Origin: the human T2T-CHM13v2.0 reference genome, Homo sapiens
Direction: 5' to 3' (one strand)
Length of the DNA: 64,000 nt
NCBI RefSeq assembly: GCF_009914755.1
Contig: NC_060928.1
This document shows, one piece after another, positions 1 through 17,137 of this stretch (its first letter is position 1; each line of letters opens with the position of its first letter). A program made the translations under genes and the position numbers. The notes below the pieces were generated by a model. That model did not search any database and had not been told where the DNA came from. It saw only the letters and a list, made by a program, of their open reading frames with translations.

Positions 1-65
1 GAGAGACAAGAAAAAATTTTAAAAACCCTCATATCAAGATTACAAAAACACTTCAAGTCTATCTA

Positions 66-263
<198 letters not shown>

Positions 264-719
264 TTATCATATGGGATTCTAAGGCCATGCTAACTATGAG
301 GAATAATTGAATAGGAATGAGTTTAGGGAATCATCAAAAATCTTTATTTCACTGATAAAAATTATTTTGGGATAAAATTGCTTGCCAATTACATGGATAT
401 AATAAATTACATAGCTCGACATTTCTTTGATTTTCCTGATTTCTACTCACAGGGCATAGAGTATAATATAAATATCATTATTTTTTATTTTTTCTACATG
501 AAACAGTTGATTAATAAGAATGAGAATTGCACAAATATTTGTACATTAAAGTTCAAATTTTAAAAAATTCATATGAGGTAATAATGGATATTTTGTAAAT
601 TGGGGTATAATAAGTTAATGCATTAATAATTTCAGAAAAATTGATCCTAAATATAATACAAAAGTGCTAAATAAGACTAAAAAGCATCTGAACTCCTTAC
701 TCAAATATTTGTAACCTTG

Positions 720-860
720 AGCTGGGGAAAGTGGTTCACTCCTCTAATCTCAGCTACTTTGGAGGCTGAAACAGGAGGAATGTTTGAGCCCAGGAGTTTA
801 AAACTAGCCTGGGCATCATGGTGAGATCTCATTTCAAAAATAAATAAATAAATAAATAAT
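720..860 (+). mobile_element. Free left Alu monomer (FLAM-like) with (TAAA)n tail
   Basis: taatctcagctactttggaggctga..gagcccaggagttt..agcctgggc..atggtgaga then (aaat)n. Confidence 0.8.
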
Positions 861-1261
861 TTATAATATTATTAAAGTAGCAAATTTAATCTTTTAAAGC
901 AAGGAATATAAAATTAATTTGAAGTATAATCTGATACCTTAGTGAAATGTTTATTAGCTCTAAGATGATTTAGTCTTTAATTATTGATCTTTTTCATAGA
1001 CTCTATATTATTATAAAAATAGTCTTAGGTGGTTACAATACGGCATTCTGGTTACATAATTTTTTAATCGACTAAAAGACAATGAACTGTTTTCATTAAA
1101 CAAAGCATCAATATAGTCTTGTAAAAAAAAAAACCTGTGTTCATACCAAATTATCAGCAAGAGTTTCTAATAGTTTTTTAGTGGAATTAGCTCTTCAATA
1201 AAAAATTAACCTAATCATTATCATTTTACTTTACATTTTACTGGTTGCCATGGGAATTATT

Positions 1262-1341
1262 ATACATTGATGCAAAAGTAATTGAGGTTTTGGGCATTAC
1301 TTCCAATGGCAAAAACCACAATTACTTTTTCCCCAACCTAA
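1262..1341. mobile_element. MADE1 (Hsmar1-derived 80-bp palindromic MITE)
   Basis: tgcaaaagtaattgaggttttgggcattac..aatggcaaaaaccacaattactttt..caacctaa matches the MADE1 inverted repeat. Confidence 0.9.
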
Positions 1342-3097
1342 CAGCTAGGCCATAATTATGGCTAATATAAACTATCCATAATAATTCTTTACAGGGCCCT
1401 AAAATATGTAAGAGAGTGTGGAAATTAATGTTTATATGATGTTTTATGTTCAAGAAAAAAATTAAATCTTTGGCTTTCCTATTTTTCTATACTTTTTCTC
1501 GATGTCTCTGCTTTTAAATTTCTAATATTTTCTCTTTGGTATGAAAATAAATCTGTGACTCTCAACTACAGGGTGGAATTTTTTTCTAGAAAAATAACAT
1601 AATTGTACCAAGATACTTCTAAATAAATAATATCCCTATGCATTTTAATATGGAAACATTTTATATGTACTTACTTGATTGCACAATAACTATGCCTTTA
1701 ATCACATAAATTCCCATTATGTAATTTTTGAGTTACATTGCTGAGAAATAGTCCTTCTACAAATGTATTCAAATGTGACCATATCACATATATGATTGTG
1801 GTTTAATATATTGAATCTATTTACATTACTACAAAAATCCCAGTAACCTATTACCATTATTTATTTATTTAATAATCCATTTCAGACAATCCATAAATGT
1901 GTCCAATATTAAAATAACTTTTAAAATTTAGCATGTATTTTATACTCTGAAAGATTATATAAAATAAAAGTGTATATATACTCTATAGGTATCTGATTCA
2001 CAATGTCTGGGAAGGGTCCTTTGATTTTGGATTTGGAGGAAGTGCACCAGATGAGGATGAGTATTTCTGTTTGGAAATACAATTTGAGAAACATTGAATT
2101 ATAGAGTTAGTATTTTTACTTCTTTGCATTATAATCAATGTGTTCATAGTCTATTGACTGCTTCTTATGCATATCTTCTGATATAGAGTCTTCATGGAAT
2201 TCATGTATAGGTTTTCCTCAGGGCTTCAAAAAATGTTTGCTATTAAGTCCTTGCTTTGCACTTGCTATTCACTTGCTTTTGCATAAATATGATCTTGTTG
2301 AACTAAGGCATATTGTAAGCCTTTACCTTCAAAAATGCTTAAATATGAATGAGTACAAACAGAGAAAGACCAAACTAGAAACAAAATATAAAATAAGTTA
2401 AAATTAAGATACAGTCAACCTAGAAGGAGGATTTTGGGAAGATGCCATAGTAGGAAGCACCAGAAATCTGTCTCCCCAGCTAGACAACAATTGTACTGGC
2501 AGAATCTGTTAGATTTAACTCTTTTGAAACTCTGGGGTCTATTCAAGGCTAGCAACTTCTGGGGGAAGACTTGGACAGTAATTTTGAGGTATTGATGCAG
2601 TAGCAGCTTTCTATCTATCCCTCATCCTCAGTTTCTAGGCAGGCAGCTGTGCACATGTTACCAGTGGAGCTTGCATATAGCATGCAGAAATCAGAGGTTG
2701 ATAGGAAAGGTGTAGAGGGTAAAAAATGGACCCTGTCGTCCAAATACCAGCTATCTATGTTCTAATTGCTCATTGATGCTTCTGATCACAGAGGTGCAGA
2801 CAAAGAGGCAGGCAACCATTTTATCTCCCCTATTGTTGCAAGCCTCTTCCACTACAGCTAAAATGACTTCCAGGAGATTTAAAGAGCTGGCAGCCTTTTC
2901 CATCCCCTTATTTTCTTTCGCTCTTTTTCAAGCCAGAAAATACAGGCTGGGCCATTGAAAAGTAGGTGATATAGAATATACACAAAAGAAAGTGGGAAAG
3001 GAATTTAAACATTTCACAAAAAATAAACTACAAACACAAGAAGGTAGAAATGCAGGAAATCAGGGTCAAAAAAGCGCTAATAGAAAACAAATAGCTA

Positions 3098-3366
3098 TCA
3101 CTTTGGGAGGCCAAGGCAGGCCAATCAATTGAGGTCAGGAGTTCAAGACCAACCTGGCCAACATGGGGAAACCTCGTCTCTACTAAAAATTAAAAGAAAA
3201 TAGTCAGGTGTGGTGACACACGCCTGTAATCCCAGCTACTAGGGAGGCTGAGTCAGGAGAACTGCTTGAGCCCAGGAGGCGGAGATCGCAGTGAGCTGAG
3301 ATTCTCCCAGGGCAACAGAGCAAGACTCCATCTCAAACAAAACAGAACAAAACAAACAAACAAAAA
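3098..3366 (+). mobile_element. 5'-truncated AluS
   Basis: cactttgggaggccaaggcagg..gaggtcaggagttcaagacc; (CAAA)n tail; TSD aaatagcta on both sides. Confidence 0.92.
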
Positions 3367-4114
3367 GTAAATAGCTAGCAAAATGACAGATGTAAGTTCT
3401 TCCTTATCAGTAATTACTTTAAATGTAAATGGATTAAATGCTCCACTGAAAAACAGAGATTGGCAGAATGCATTTAAAAAGTAATCCAACGATATGCTCT
3501 CTGCAAGAAACTCATTTTAGATTCAGAGACATAAATGGATTGAAAGTGAAAAGATGTAAAAGATACACAAATGGTAACTGAAAGACAGCAGGGGTAGTTA
3601 TACTAATATAAGACGAAATAGACTTTAAATCAAAATAATTTACAGGAGACAAATAAGGACTTTATACATTAATAGGTTGTTGAATTTAGCAAGAAGACAA
3701 GAAGTTGTAGCAATTATCAATATTTATGCAATTAATAGCAGACCATAACATATATATGAAACAAAAACTGGCAGAATTGAAAGGCGGAATAGACAGTTGG
3801 AATAATAGTTGGAAACTTCAATATCCTTCTCTCAATAGCAGACAGGATAACCAGACAGGAGATACATAAGGAAATAGAAGACTTCAAACACATAATAAAT
3901 AAACTAATCTAACAGACATATCGAGAACACTCTATGCAAAAACAGCAAACAACCACTGTGGAAAACAGAAGGTGGTGAGTCTTCAAAAAATTAAAAATAG
4001 AATTACTTACATATTCCAACAATTCCACTTTTGGGTATATAACCAAGAAAATTGAAAGCAGGATCTCAACAAGATATTTGCACACCCATGTTTATAACAG
4101 TATTATTCACAATA

Positions 4115-8027
<3,913 letters not shown>

Positions 8028-8101
8028 TAGCTAAAATGTGAGAGCAACCCAAATGTTCATAAATGGATGTATGGATAAACAAAATGTGGTGTATGTACAT
8101 A

Positions 8102-8147
8102 ACACACACACATGCGTGTGCACATACACACACACATACACACACAC
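8102..8147. repeat. Imperfect (CA)n microsatellite
   Basis: acacacacacatgcgtgtgcacatacacacacacatacacacacac. Confidence 0.85.
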
Positions 8148-8299
8148 TCTCAACGGGATATTGTGCAGCCTTAAAAATGAAAGAAATTCTGACATATGCT
8201 ACAACAAGGATGAATCACAGGACATAATTAGTGAAATAGGTCAACCAAAAAGACACAATATTGTAACACTTATATGAGTTATTTAAATTAGTTTGATAT

Positions 8300-8677
8300 T
8301 GTGATATAATAAGAAATATATATTTTGGTTTCTGCTCCCATTTTCCAAAGCTTTCATAAAACCAAAAAGGATATGTTCAGAGAGCTTCCTAGTTTCTGAA
8401 TATGTGGAGGATGGCAGTCCAGAGAAAGCATGGAAGCTCTGTGCCCCGTTCTTCATACCTTGCCCTATGCATCTTTGCCATCTGGCTGTTTCTGAGTTGT
8501 GTTCTCTTATAACAAGTGGGCAATAATAAGTAAGGCACCTTCCTGAATTTTGTGAGCCACTCTAGCAAATAGTAAAACTTAAAAAAAGGGGCTGTAGAAT
8601 CCTCTGATTTATAGCTGGCCAGTAATAAGAACAAGTAACAATCTGGACTTGGGACAGGCATCTCAAGTGAGAATTGT

Positions 8678-8709
<32 letters not shown>

Positions 8710-8872
8710 GAGACTGAGCTTTTAACCTATAGGATTAGGTTGATAGTGTCAGAATTGCATCCAGTTGTAGGACATCCAGCTGGTGTAGGATAATTGGTTA
8801 GTGTTGGTTACCAAATCTTTTGGTAGAGAGAAGTATATTATACCAGAGTACAGAGATAAGTAGTTTTTTTTT
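8300..8872 (+). mobile_element. MER21-family solo LTR with internal (GT)n at ~8676-8710
   Basis: tgtgatataataagaaatatata start; gcatggaagctctgtgcccc..ataccttgccctatgcatct; inserted in the L1MB 3'UTR. Confidence 0.8.
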
Positions 8873-9500
8873 TAATATATTTAAGAAGTTAAACTTATAG
8901 AGACAAAAAGTAGAATGGTGGTTGCCAGGGTCTGGGAGAAGAGGTGAATGGAGAATTGCTGTTTAATAGAAGCAGAGTTTTAGTTTTACAAGATAAAAGG
9001 AGTTATGGAAATAATGCTTGTGATGGTCGTGTAACATTATGGATGTATTTAATACTATGAAGTGTACATTTAAAAATGGTGACGATGGTATATTTTACTA
9101 TGTGTATTTTATCACAATAAAAATGTGGAAAAATAAATAAATAACAACAAAAACATAGTCAACATTTTACACTGAAACAGACATCAGCTTGTTTTTTCAA
9201 AAAATTTGAGATTTGGTGAAAAATACTTATTTTGGTAAAGACCCAAGATCATATATAAAAATTCTTTTGTTACAAATTAAATTTATATTTTCTGTTGGGT
9301 AATTAAGGAATATAAACTAAAAGTCTTATAACTTATAAACACTTTATAATAGTAATTCTACTGCTTGGTACAAATCCTAGGGAAATAATTAGAAACAAGA
9401 TATATGGTGCTTGCTTACTGATATATCATTTAAAATAGCTTTATTTCAAAAATAGTTCAATAAAAATAAAGAGAATGGTTATACAAACTTTACTGCAGAG

Positions 9501-9553
9501 TTGCCATTACATTTAATGGCAAAAACTGAAATTACTTTTGCACAAACCTAATA
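9501..9553. mobile_element. Partial MADE1
   Basis: ttgccattacatttaatggcaaaaactgaaattacttttgcacaaacctaata. Confidence 0.85.
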
Positions 9554-10214
9554 CTATAATATAATTTTAAAAATACTCTTAAAGAAGAGACATGTTATTA
9601 AATAATACTAAATAACAAATAAGAAAAATGTGTATCAAGCATAATTATCTCCTTTAAAACACTGAGAAATATGCACACATGTGTATTGGTATGTAGGGTG
9701 TAGGATTACATGAACGTTTCATAGTATTTCTGAGTATTGTGGTTATATGAGTAGATTTTACTTTTTTTTATTGTTTTGGTATGTGATAGACTTCCTTCAA
9801 ATTACAAAAATAACAATTTTAAAATTGCTCTATTATTGCAAAAGATTCATGTTTGTTTTCTAAACGTTCTCTTAAATACCAATAAATATTTATTTTAGAT
9901 ATGATTTGAGATTTTTAATTGCAGTTAAGTCAGAAATACTTCAGGATTATTACTATGAAACATTATAAACTAGAATGAAAGGTCTAGAATTGCTATACAA
10001 TAATCACATTTTATGTCTAATTTCACATTTTTTGACCACTTTTATATGCATAAAAATGTTTAATCTCTTCACAATTTTAATAATTATATTTATCATTCAT
10101 TTAGGACTTAGTGTATACTAGCCCTCGTTGCAAATGATTTACACATTTTAACTTATTCAAATATTTCGAAAATCTAAGGAGACAGGTTCAGAACCTGCGT
10201 GGTAAAGTGGGGTA

Positions 10215-10405
10215 CTCATCTTGGTGGCAATGGAACAAGTCACCAAAAGATCAGTCAGCAAGATAAATATTTTAATGCAACATTTAAAACATAACGTAGG
10301 AAAATCCAAGATAAACAAAATGTCAACATTTTAAAGAAAGGAAGGATCAGTAGTACTGATTTTTCCTTTTGCTTCAGATTTCATTATAGCTTGGCATGGC
10401 ACTAT
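10215..10405. mobile_element. Probable ancient hAT-type DNA transposon fragment (family not assigned)
   Basis: aaatattttaatgcaac..ggatcagtagtactgatttttccttttgc..ttggcatggcact resembles an old MER-type terminus. Confidence 0.4.
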
Positions 10406-10429
10406 CAACAAATATGTATTTAATTTACT

Positions 10430-10565
10430 ATCTTCATTTTACATTTAAAGAGACAGAAATACTAAAGAATTGCATGACTTGCCATGATCACACATTAGTG
10501 TTGTACTGAGGACAGTGATATCAGGCAGCCTGGCACCAGAGTCCTTACACTTAATCCCTACACTA
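10430..10565 (-). mobile_element. MIR fragment
   Basis: cattttaca..tgacttgccatgatcacac..caggcagcctggcaccagagtcc..acttaa is the reverse complement of the MIR core. Confidence 0.7.
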
Positions 10566-10924
10566 GAAATGAAATCATTTTAACGGTTTACTTTTAATAA
10601 GCTACGTTTTACCTCAACCCTGGTATTTCCCCTGTAGACTGTGGTAATGATAATATTTGTATTCTTTTTTTTCTCTGCCCATGACATTATTACCTTCCTT
10701 GTAGTGTAAGGTGGTATGTATTACTGTTTAAGAGTATTAAACACAGACAGAGCATTAAATTTTAAAGACTCTTCATGCACCTGTTCTCCTGGTTAGCAAG
10801 ATAATTCTGGTCAATAAGATGGTGAAGGAGAGGTTGATCATTCTCTTATAGAAAAGAGATACAGAACTTACTCTGGGGAAATACAGCAATATAAAAAATA
10901 ATGTGTTTAAAACATAATAACACT

Positions 10925-11346
10925 GGAAGGAGATCATGTTCTTTGCAGCAACATGAATGGAGCTGGAGGTTATTATCCTAAATAAACTAATGCAGGAACA
11001 TAAAATCGAATACCACATGTTCTCATTTATAAGTGGAAGCTAAACATTGAGTATACATGAACACAAGGAAGGGGATAATAGACACTGAGGCCTTACCTAA
11101 AGGTGGAGGGTTGAAGGAGGATGAAGGTTAAAAAACTATAACACTTACTGAGTACTCTGCTTATTACCTCGTCTCTACTAAAAATAAAAAAAAAAGCCAG
11201 GTGTTGTGGTACACGCCTGTAATCCCAGCTACTATTACCTGGCTGACAAAATAACCTGTACACCAAACCCTTACAACACACTATTAACCTACATAACCAA
11301 CCTGAACATGCACCCTTGAACCTGAAACAAAAGTTAAAAAAAAAAC
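10925..11346 (+). mobile_element. L1PA15/16-type 3' end
   Basis: atcatgttctttgcagcaacatg..ttctcatttataagtggaagctaaacattgag..ctgtacaccaaaccc..A tail. Confidence 0.85.
11170..11232 (+). mobile_element. 63-bp internal Alu fragment without poly-A tail
   Basis: cgtctctactaaaaata..gccaggtgttgtggtacacgcctgtaatcccagctac flanked by tattacct on both sides. Confidence 0.9.
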
Positions 11347-11892
11347 TATTTTATTTATATAAAATATTTGAGCACAGAGTAAATCTATAGTTACAAATTA
11401 TCTCATTATGTAACTAAAAACAACTTCATAGTATGAATTTGTACTTGTTAATTGTATCTGAAATAATATATGAAAAGTAATAGTAAAACTTCATTTGACC
11501 ATTACATGTGTTTAGCAAAAATATAAATCTTATATTTATTTTTATGTATTTGAAATACAAAATAAATAGTAAGTTTACTATATGTTTAAAATGCATAGAG
11601 GGAAGTATAGTGTTTAAAACTAATTATGATAATTAGATTTTCATATATTAATTTGCCTTGTTAGTTAATTTTTATGCCTAACCACATCCTTTCTACTAAG
11701 TACATGTATTTGAGGGCTAATCTTATTTTAGTTGATCAACCTAAAACATTCTCAAATGCCCCATCAGTATTGCATTATATTTAAGAAGAGAACCAAAATA
11801 AATCATGTTATTTATTGTGTGAGACTCAACAATCCCAATGTTTCTTGTTTCTGTTTCAATTTATGAAAAGACCTGAATACCATACTGTAGAG

Positions 11893-12782
11893 TGTTAGAC
11901 AAAAAAAATTAGTGAATGATACTTGTTAAAGCACTGTAAGGCGAACTTTATCAGGATCATTGTGATAGGTCTGTAAGGAGGGGAAGATTGAGCTTAACTC
12001 CTAATACAGCATGGACAAATGGGAATTTATAGACAAGAAAGAGTAGAGAAGAGGGTGTCAGTAGATGGAAAATCACTAAGAGAAAAAAATCAAGGGTAAG
12101 GGAATGTGTAAGTCTGTTTTGTGTTGCTATGAAGGAATATCTGAGACTTGATACTTTATTTTAAAAAATAAGTTTATTCGGCTCATGATTCTACAGGCTA
12201 TACCACCATAATACCAGCATCTCCTTGGCTTAAGCTGAAGCCTCAGAAAGCCTTTACTCATGGCAGAAGGCAAAGGGGGAGCAGGCATCTCACATGATGA
12301 GAAAAGGAGCAAGAGAGAAGAGAGGTGCCAGGCTTTTTTAAATAACCGGCTCTCCTGTGAACTAATAGAGTGAAAACTCACACATCACCAAGGAGATGGC
12401 ACCAAGCCAATCTTGAGGGATCCCCCCCTATGACCAAAAACCTCCCACTAGACCCCACCTCCAACACTGGGGATCACATTTCAACATGAGATTTGGAGGG
12501 GACAACTATCTAAACCATATCAGGAAGATTCTGGCTAAACAGACCTAACAGGATTCTTTCTGAAGATAGACCAGAGTGATCACATATCACTTGGAGGATG
12601 GTGGAGGATGAAAAACCCAGTTAGATATCTAAGATAATCAGACGTCAAGAATGGAGAGTTCTTGGTAAACTGATTTAGCAAGGTTCCTGGCCAAAACTGG
12701 ATTTTACAAGAAAGTGCATAGGTAGGCCTAGGAGAAGGTTGAGAAGCTCACTCAACTTTTGCTGAGAGGATAAACTTTGTCA
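11893..12782 (-). mobile_element. MER31-family solo LTR, interrupted by MSTB
   Basis: aaaactggattttacaagaaagtgca..ggcctaggagaaggtt..ctttgtca is the reverse complement of the MER31 5' end. Confidence 0.8.
12105..12522 (-). mobile_element. MSTB-type MaLR solo LTR
   Basis: tgttgctatgaaggaatatctgagact..cccacctccaacactggggatcacatttcaacatgagatttgg..aaaccatatca; ggaa on both flanks. Confidence 0.88.
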
Positions 12783-14785
12783 ACAATCATCAAAAATTTG
12801 AAACTCCTTAATCTATTTTTTCACTCCAAAGAGGGTTTTTCCTATAATTTCACAGTTCACTCTATAGATGTTTTAATTTTCTTGGTGTCTAAATTATTTT
12901 TGTGTATTAGTCTGAAGTGTTCATCAGAAATAGTTTCATTTATTGATGTTCTTGATGTAAAAACAAAGAAATAGCTGAAACCATAGATTCAATTAATAGT
13001 CCTATAATATGATGAATGGAAGTGAAATTTTATCAGAGTTATACTTACTTTATTATACTGGAGATAAAAGGGGTTCCCAAGGCACATATGTTTACAAAGT
13101 GAATAGTTCAAAAAATACCTTAGAGATTTAGCATACTTTATGAGGATAAAGGAAATTTTCATCTGGGATCAGTGTTCAGGTCACTGTTAGCTACATTTTA
13201 TTAAAAACGTTATATTAGTGTTGTGGGAAAGAAGTGTTCAGAATGCTGTAAAAATGGGCAATGATCATAAAGTCAGTGACATCACAGAAATTCATGGGTT
13301 CTTATTTGGGCTATACAACAGCTTAAAAAATAACATTTGATAAATGCCCAGAATACATTAAACTTTTAATACATAGTAATATAACTGGAAGGAAGTGGCA
13401 AACAATTCATAACCGGAAGTGACAGTGTAGAAGTCAAAATCTCATTATATTAGAATGCATCTAATTAGATGTAAGACTTAAAATGTAAGATTTAGGTAAA
13501 AGAAAGAAAGCACTTTCTAACCGAGAGGTACTTTGTTTTTGCACAGATTAAATGCCAAATATCTGACTCAATTGTGACTTGACCCTTCTTGAATTATTCT
13601 TTAGTAAATAAAAATTTGGAACTTATATGAATATTCTTATTTTTAATTTGAAGACAATGCAGACATTATACAAAAATTGCTTTGTCTACACCTGAAAAAG
13701 TCATGCTGAAATTTTTTGCTTCCACTGTTCAATCTTATGTAAAATTAACACTCCACTATATATTTTTTTGTATTTTATAGTTACAAATGTATATGTACAT
13801 CTGTGAGTTTATGATAGTTTCAATGTAGTGGAGGCCAGTCCTGCTACCAAATGTCTACCTTATTATTAGACACTAATAATTAACTTGGAAAGAGTAAAAG
13901 GACCCATAGGTTTTTGTTTTTTAAAAAAAAACTTTTCCAGAGTCTGTTATTCTCCACCAGTAATATAACTATCTCATCAAGCAAGAAAGTACAGAATGCC
14001 TACTGTATGCTAAGTATTACGCCACATAGTAAAAGAACACATATTTATGCAACTTTTTTAGGTCACAAGAGTACCATTTAGTAAAGTGATCTGAAGAAAA
14101 CAATAAGCAAATACATGATTGCCTTGAGCACTGAATTACTTTGAGTCCAGACTCAAAGATTAAATATATGACACAGTCCAAGTGATTTTTAGTACTGTAC
14201 AGTTAAAGAATTTCACTATACACCAGTCAGAAATACTTCTTTTTATTATCTAGTGATGATTTCCCTAATGCTTCATGAAGAATTAGTCTTCAATAAATAG
14301 ATATAGTCAGCTGAGGTGATATGTTTTTATGACTTCTGGAAAGACATGTTCTTAAAAAGCCCAATCGCTTGTTTTGTATTAAAATAATATGAAATTGGGA
14401 CATAGTCTTTAATTCAATAAATTGTGATGTGGATAAAATTGTAAATATCTTTGGAAAACAAGAACAAAATGACACAAGGTGTAATTTTAAATATAATTGT
14501 AAATAGAATAAGGCCAGATAGTAAAGCCATGTAATTGCCCAATAAATATAGATTTTTTATGCAGTAATCCATTTTGAAAAATAAAATGTATCTTAAATTA
14601 TATTATTTTATTATTGTTCAAGAATGCTCAAGATTTTGTGTAATATAAAATAACAAGTTCTAGGCTTTCTGAAGAGTAAGTCTTCTTTCCTGACTTGACA
14701 AGTCTAATCAATGAGCTCTTTATCCAAGGACCAATATTATACTTTATGAGAGAATTAATAATTTATGCTAATCAAAGGAAATATG

Positions 14786-14787
<2 letters not shown>

Positions 14788-14817
<30 letters not shown>
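14788..14817. repeat. (AT)n microsatellite
   Basis: about 14 perfect AT units. Confidence 0.95.
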
Positions 14818-14819
<2 letters not shown>

Positions 14820-14844
14820 CAGTTTATGTACTATCTTCAGGGAG

Positions 14845-17137
14845 TGTACTAATAAGTTCTCAAGCTGCCATGAAGACATACCTGAGACTGGGTAATTCAT
14901 GAAGGAAAGAGGTTTAATTCACTCACACCTCTGCAGCACTGGAGAGGCCACAGGAAACTTACTATCATGGGGGAAGGGAAAGCAAAAATGTCCTTCTTCA
15001 CATGGTGGCAGGAAGGAGAAGAATGAGAGAAGTGCAGAGTGAAGGGGGGAAAGCCCCTCACAAAACCATCAGATCTTGTGAGAACTCATTCACTATCACA
15101 AGGACAACACGGGGGAACCACCCCCATGATTCAACTCCCCCCCATGAGATCTCTCCCTCAACACTTGGAGATTACAATTAGGATCATAATTCAAGATGAG
15201 ATTCTGGAGGGCAAACAGAGCCAGACTGTATCATTCCAACCCTGACTCTTCCCACATCTCATGTCCTCATATTTCAAAATACAATCATGCCTTTCCAACA
15301 GTCTCCCAAACTGAACTCATTTCATCAGTAACTCAAAAGTCCAAGTTCAAAGTCATATCCATATCCAAGACAAGACAAGACCCTTCTGCCTATGAGCCTG
15401 TAAAATCAAAAGCAAGTTAATTACTTCCTACATACAGTGAGGCTACATGCATTTGGTAAATACACCCGTTACAAATGGGAGAAATTGGCCAAAACAAAGG
15501 GCCTATAGATCCCATGCAAGTTTGAAATCCCATTTGGCAGCCACTAATCCTTAAGGTTCCAAAATGATCTCCTTTAATTCCGTGTCTCACACCCAGACCA
15601 CACTGATGCAAGAGTTAAGCTCTCACATATTTGGGCAGCTCTGCCCCTGTGACATTGCAGGGTACAGCCCCTGCCCCAGCTGCTTTCAGGGCTGGTGTGG
15701 AATGTCTGGGTCTTTTCCAGGTGTATGGAGCAAGCTGTCAGTGGATCTACCATTCTGGGGTCTGGAGGATGGTGGGCCTCTTCTCACAGCTTCACTAGGC
15801 AGTGCCCCAGTGTAGACTACGTGTGAGTGCTCTGACGCCATATTTCCCCTCCACCCTGCCCTAGCAGAGGTTCTTCATTGAGATTCCCTGCCTGCAGCAG
15901 ACTTCTGCCTGGATATCCAGACATTTTCATACATACCCTGAAATCTAGGTGGAGGTTCCCAAACCTCCATTCTTGTTTTCTATGCACCTGCAGGGCCAAC
16001 ACCACGTGGAAGCTGCCATGGCTGGGGGCTTTCACCCTTGAAAGTAATGACCTGAGCTGTACCTTGCCCCTTTTTAGCTATGGCTAGAGTGGCTGAGATA
16101 CATTCCCTAGGCAGAAAACAGCAGAGAGGCCCTGGACCCAGCCCAGGAAATCATTTTTTTTCCTCCTAGGCCTCCAGGTCTCTGATCAGAGAAACTGCTG
16201 TGAAGGTCTCTGACATGCCCTGGAGATATTTTTCCCATTGTCTTGGTGATTAACATTCTGTTCCTTGTTACTTATGCAAATTTCTGCAGCTGCCTTGAAT
16301 TTATTCCTAGATAATGTGTTTTCTTTTTCTATTGCATTTTTTCAGGCTGCAAATTTTCTAAACTTTTATGCTCTGCTTTCTCTTGAACACTTTGCCAGGT
16401 AGAAATTCCTTCAGTCGAATACCCCAAATCATTTCTCTCAAGTTCAAAATTGCACAGATCTCTAGGGCAGGGGTAATAGATGCCAGTGTCTTCACTAAAG
16501 CACAGCAAGAGTCCCTTTATTCCAGTTCCCAACAAGCTCCTCATCTCTATCTGAGACCACGTCAACCTGGACTTCATTGTTCATATCACTATTAGCATTT
16601 TGGTTAAAGCCATTCAAGTCTCCAGCAAGTTCCAAACTTTCCCACATTTTCCTGTCTTCTTCTGATCCCTCCAAACTGTTCCAACCTCTTCCTGTTACCC
16701 AGTTCCAAAGTCGTTTCCACATTTTTGGATATCCTTATAGCAGCACCTCACTCTACTGGTACCAATTTACTGTATTAGTCCATTCCCATGCTGCTATGAA
16801 GAAATACCCAGGACTAGCTAATTAATAAAGGAAGGAAGTTTAATTGACTCATATTTCCACAGGGCTGGGGAGGGCTCAGTAAACTTACCACATGCCTTCT
16901 TCCCATGGCAGCAGGAAGGAGAAGAATGAGAGAAGTGTAGAGTGAAGGGGGAAAAGCCCATCACGAAACAATTTATATCTTGTGAAAACTCATTCAGTAT
17001 CATCAGAACGGCATGAGGGAACCACTCCCATGACTCAATCACCTCCCATGAGGTTGCTTTTCCAATACATGTGGGTTACAATTCAGATTACAGTTTAAAA
17101 TGAGATTTGGGATGGGACACAGAGTGAGACTATATCA
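14845..17137 (-). mobile_element. Full-length THE1 (THE1D-like) MaLR: LTR 14845-15233, internal 15234-16770, LTR 16771-17137
   Basis: Two homologous LTRs with TG..CA ends, THE1-int sequence between them, perfect 5-bp TSD gggag (14840-14844 and 17138-17142). Confidence 0.95.
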
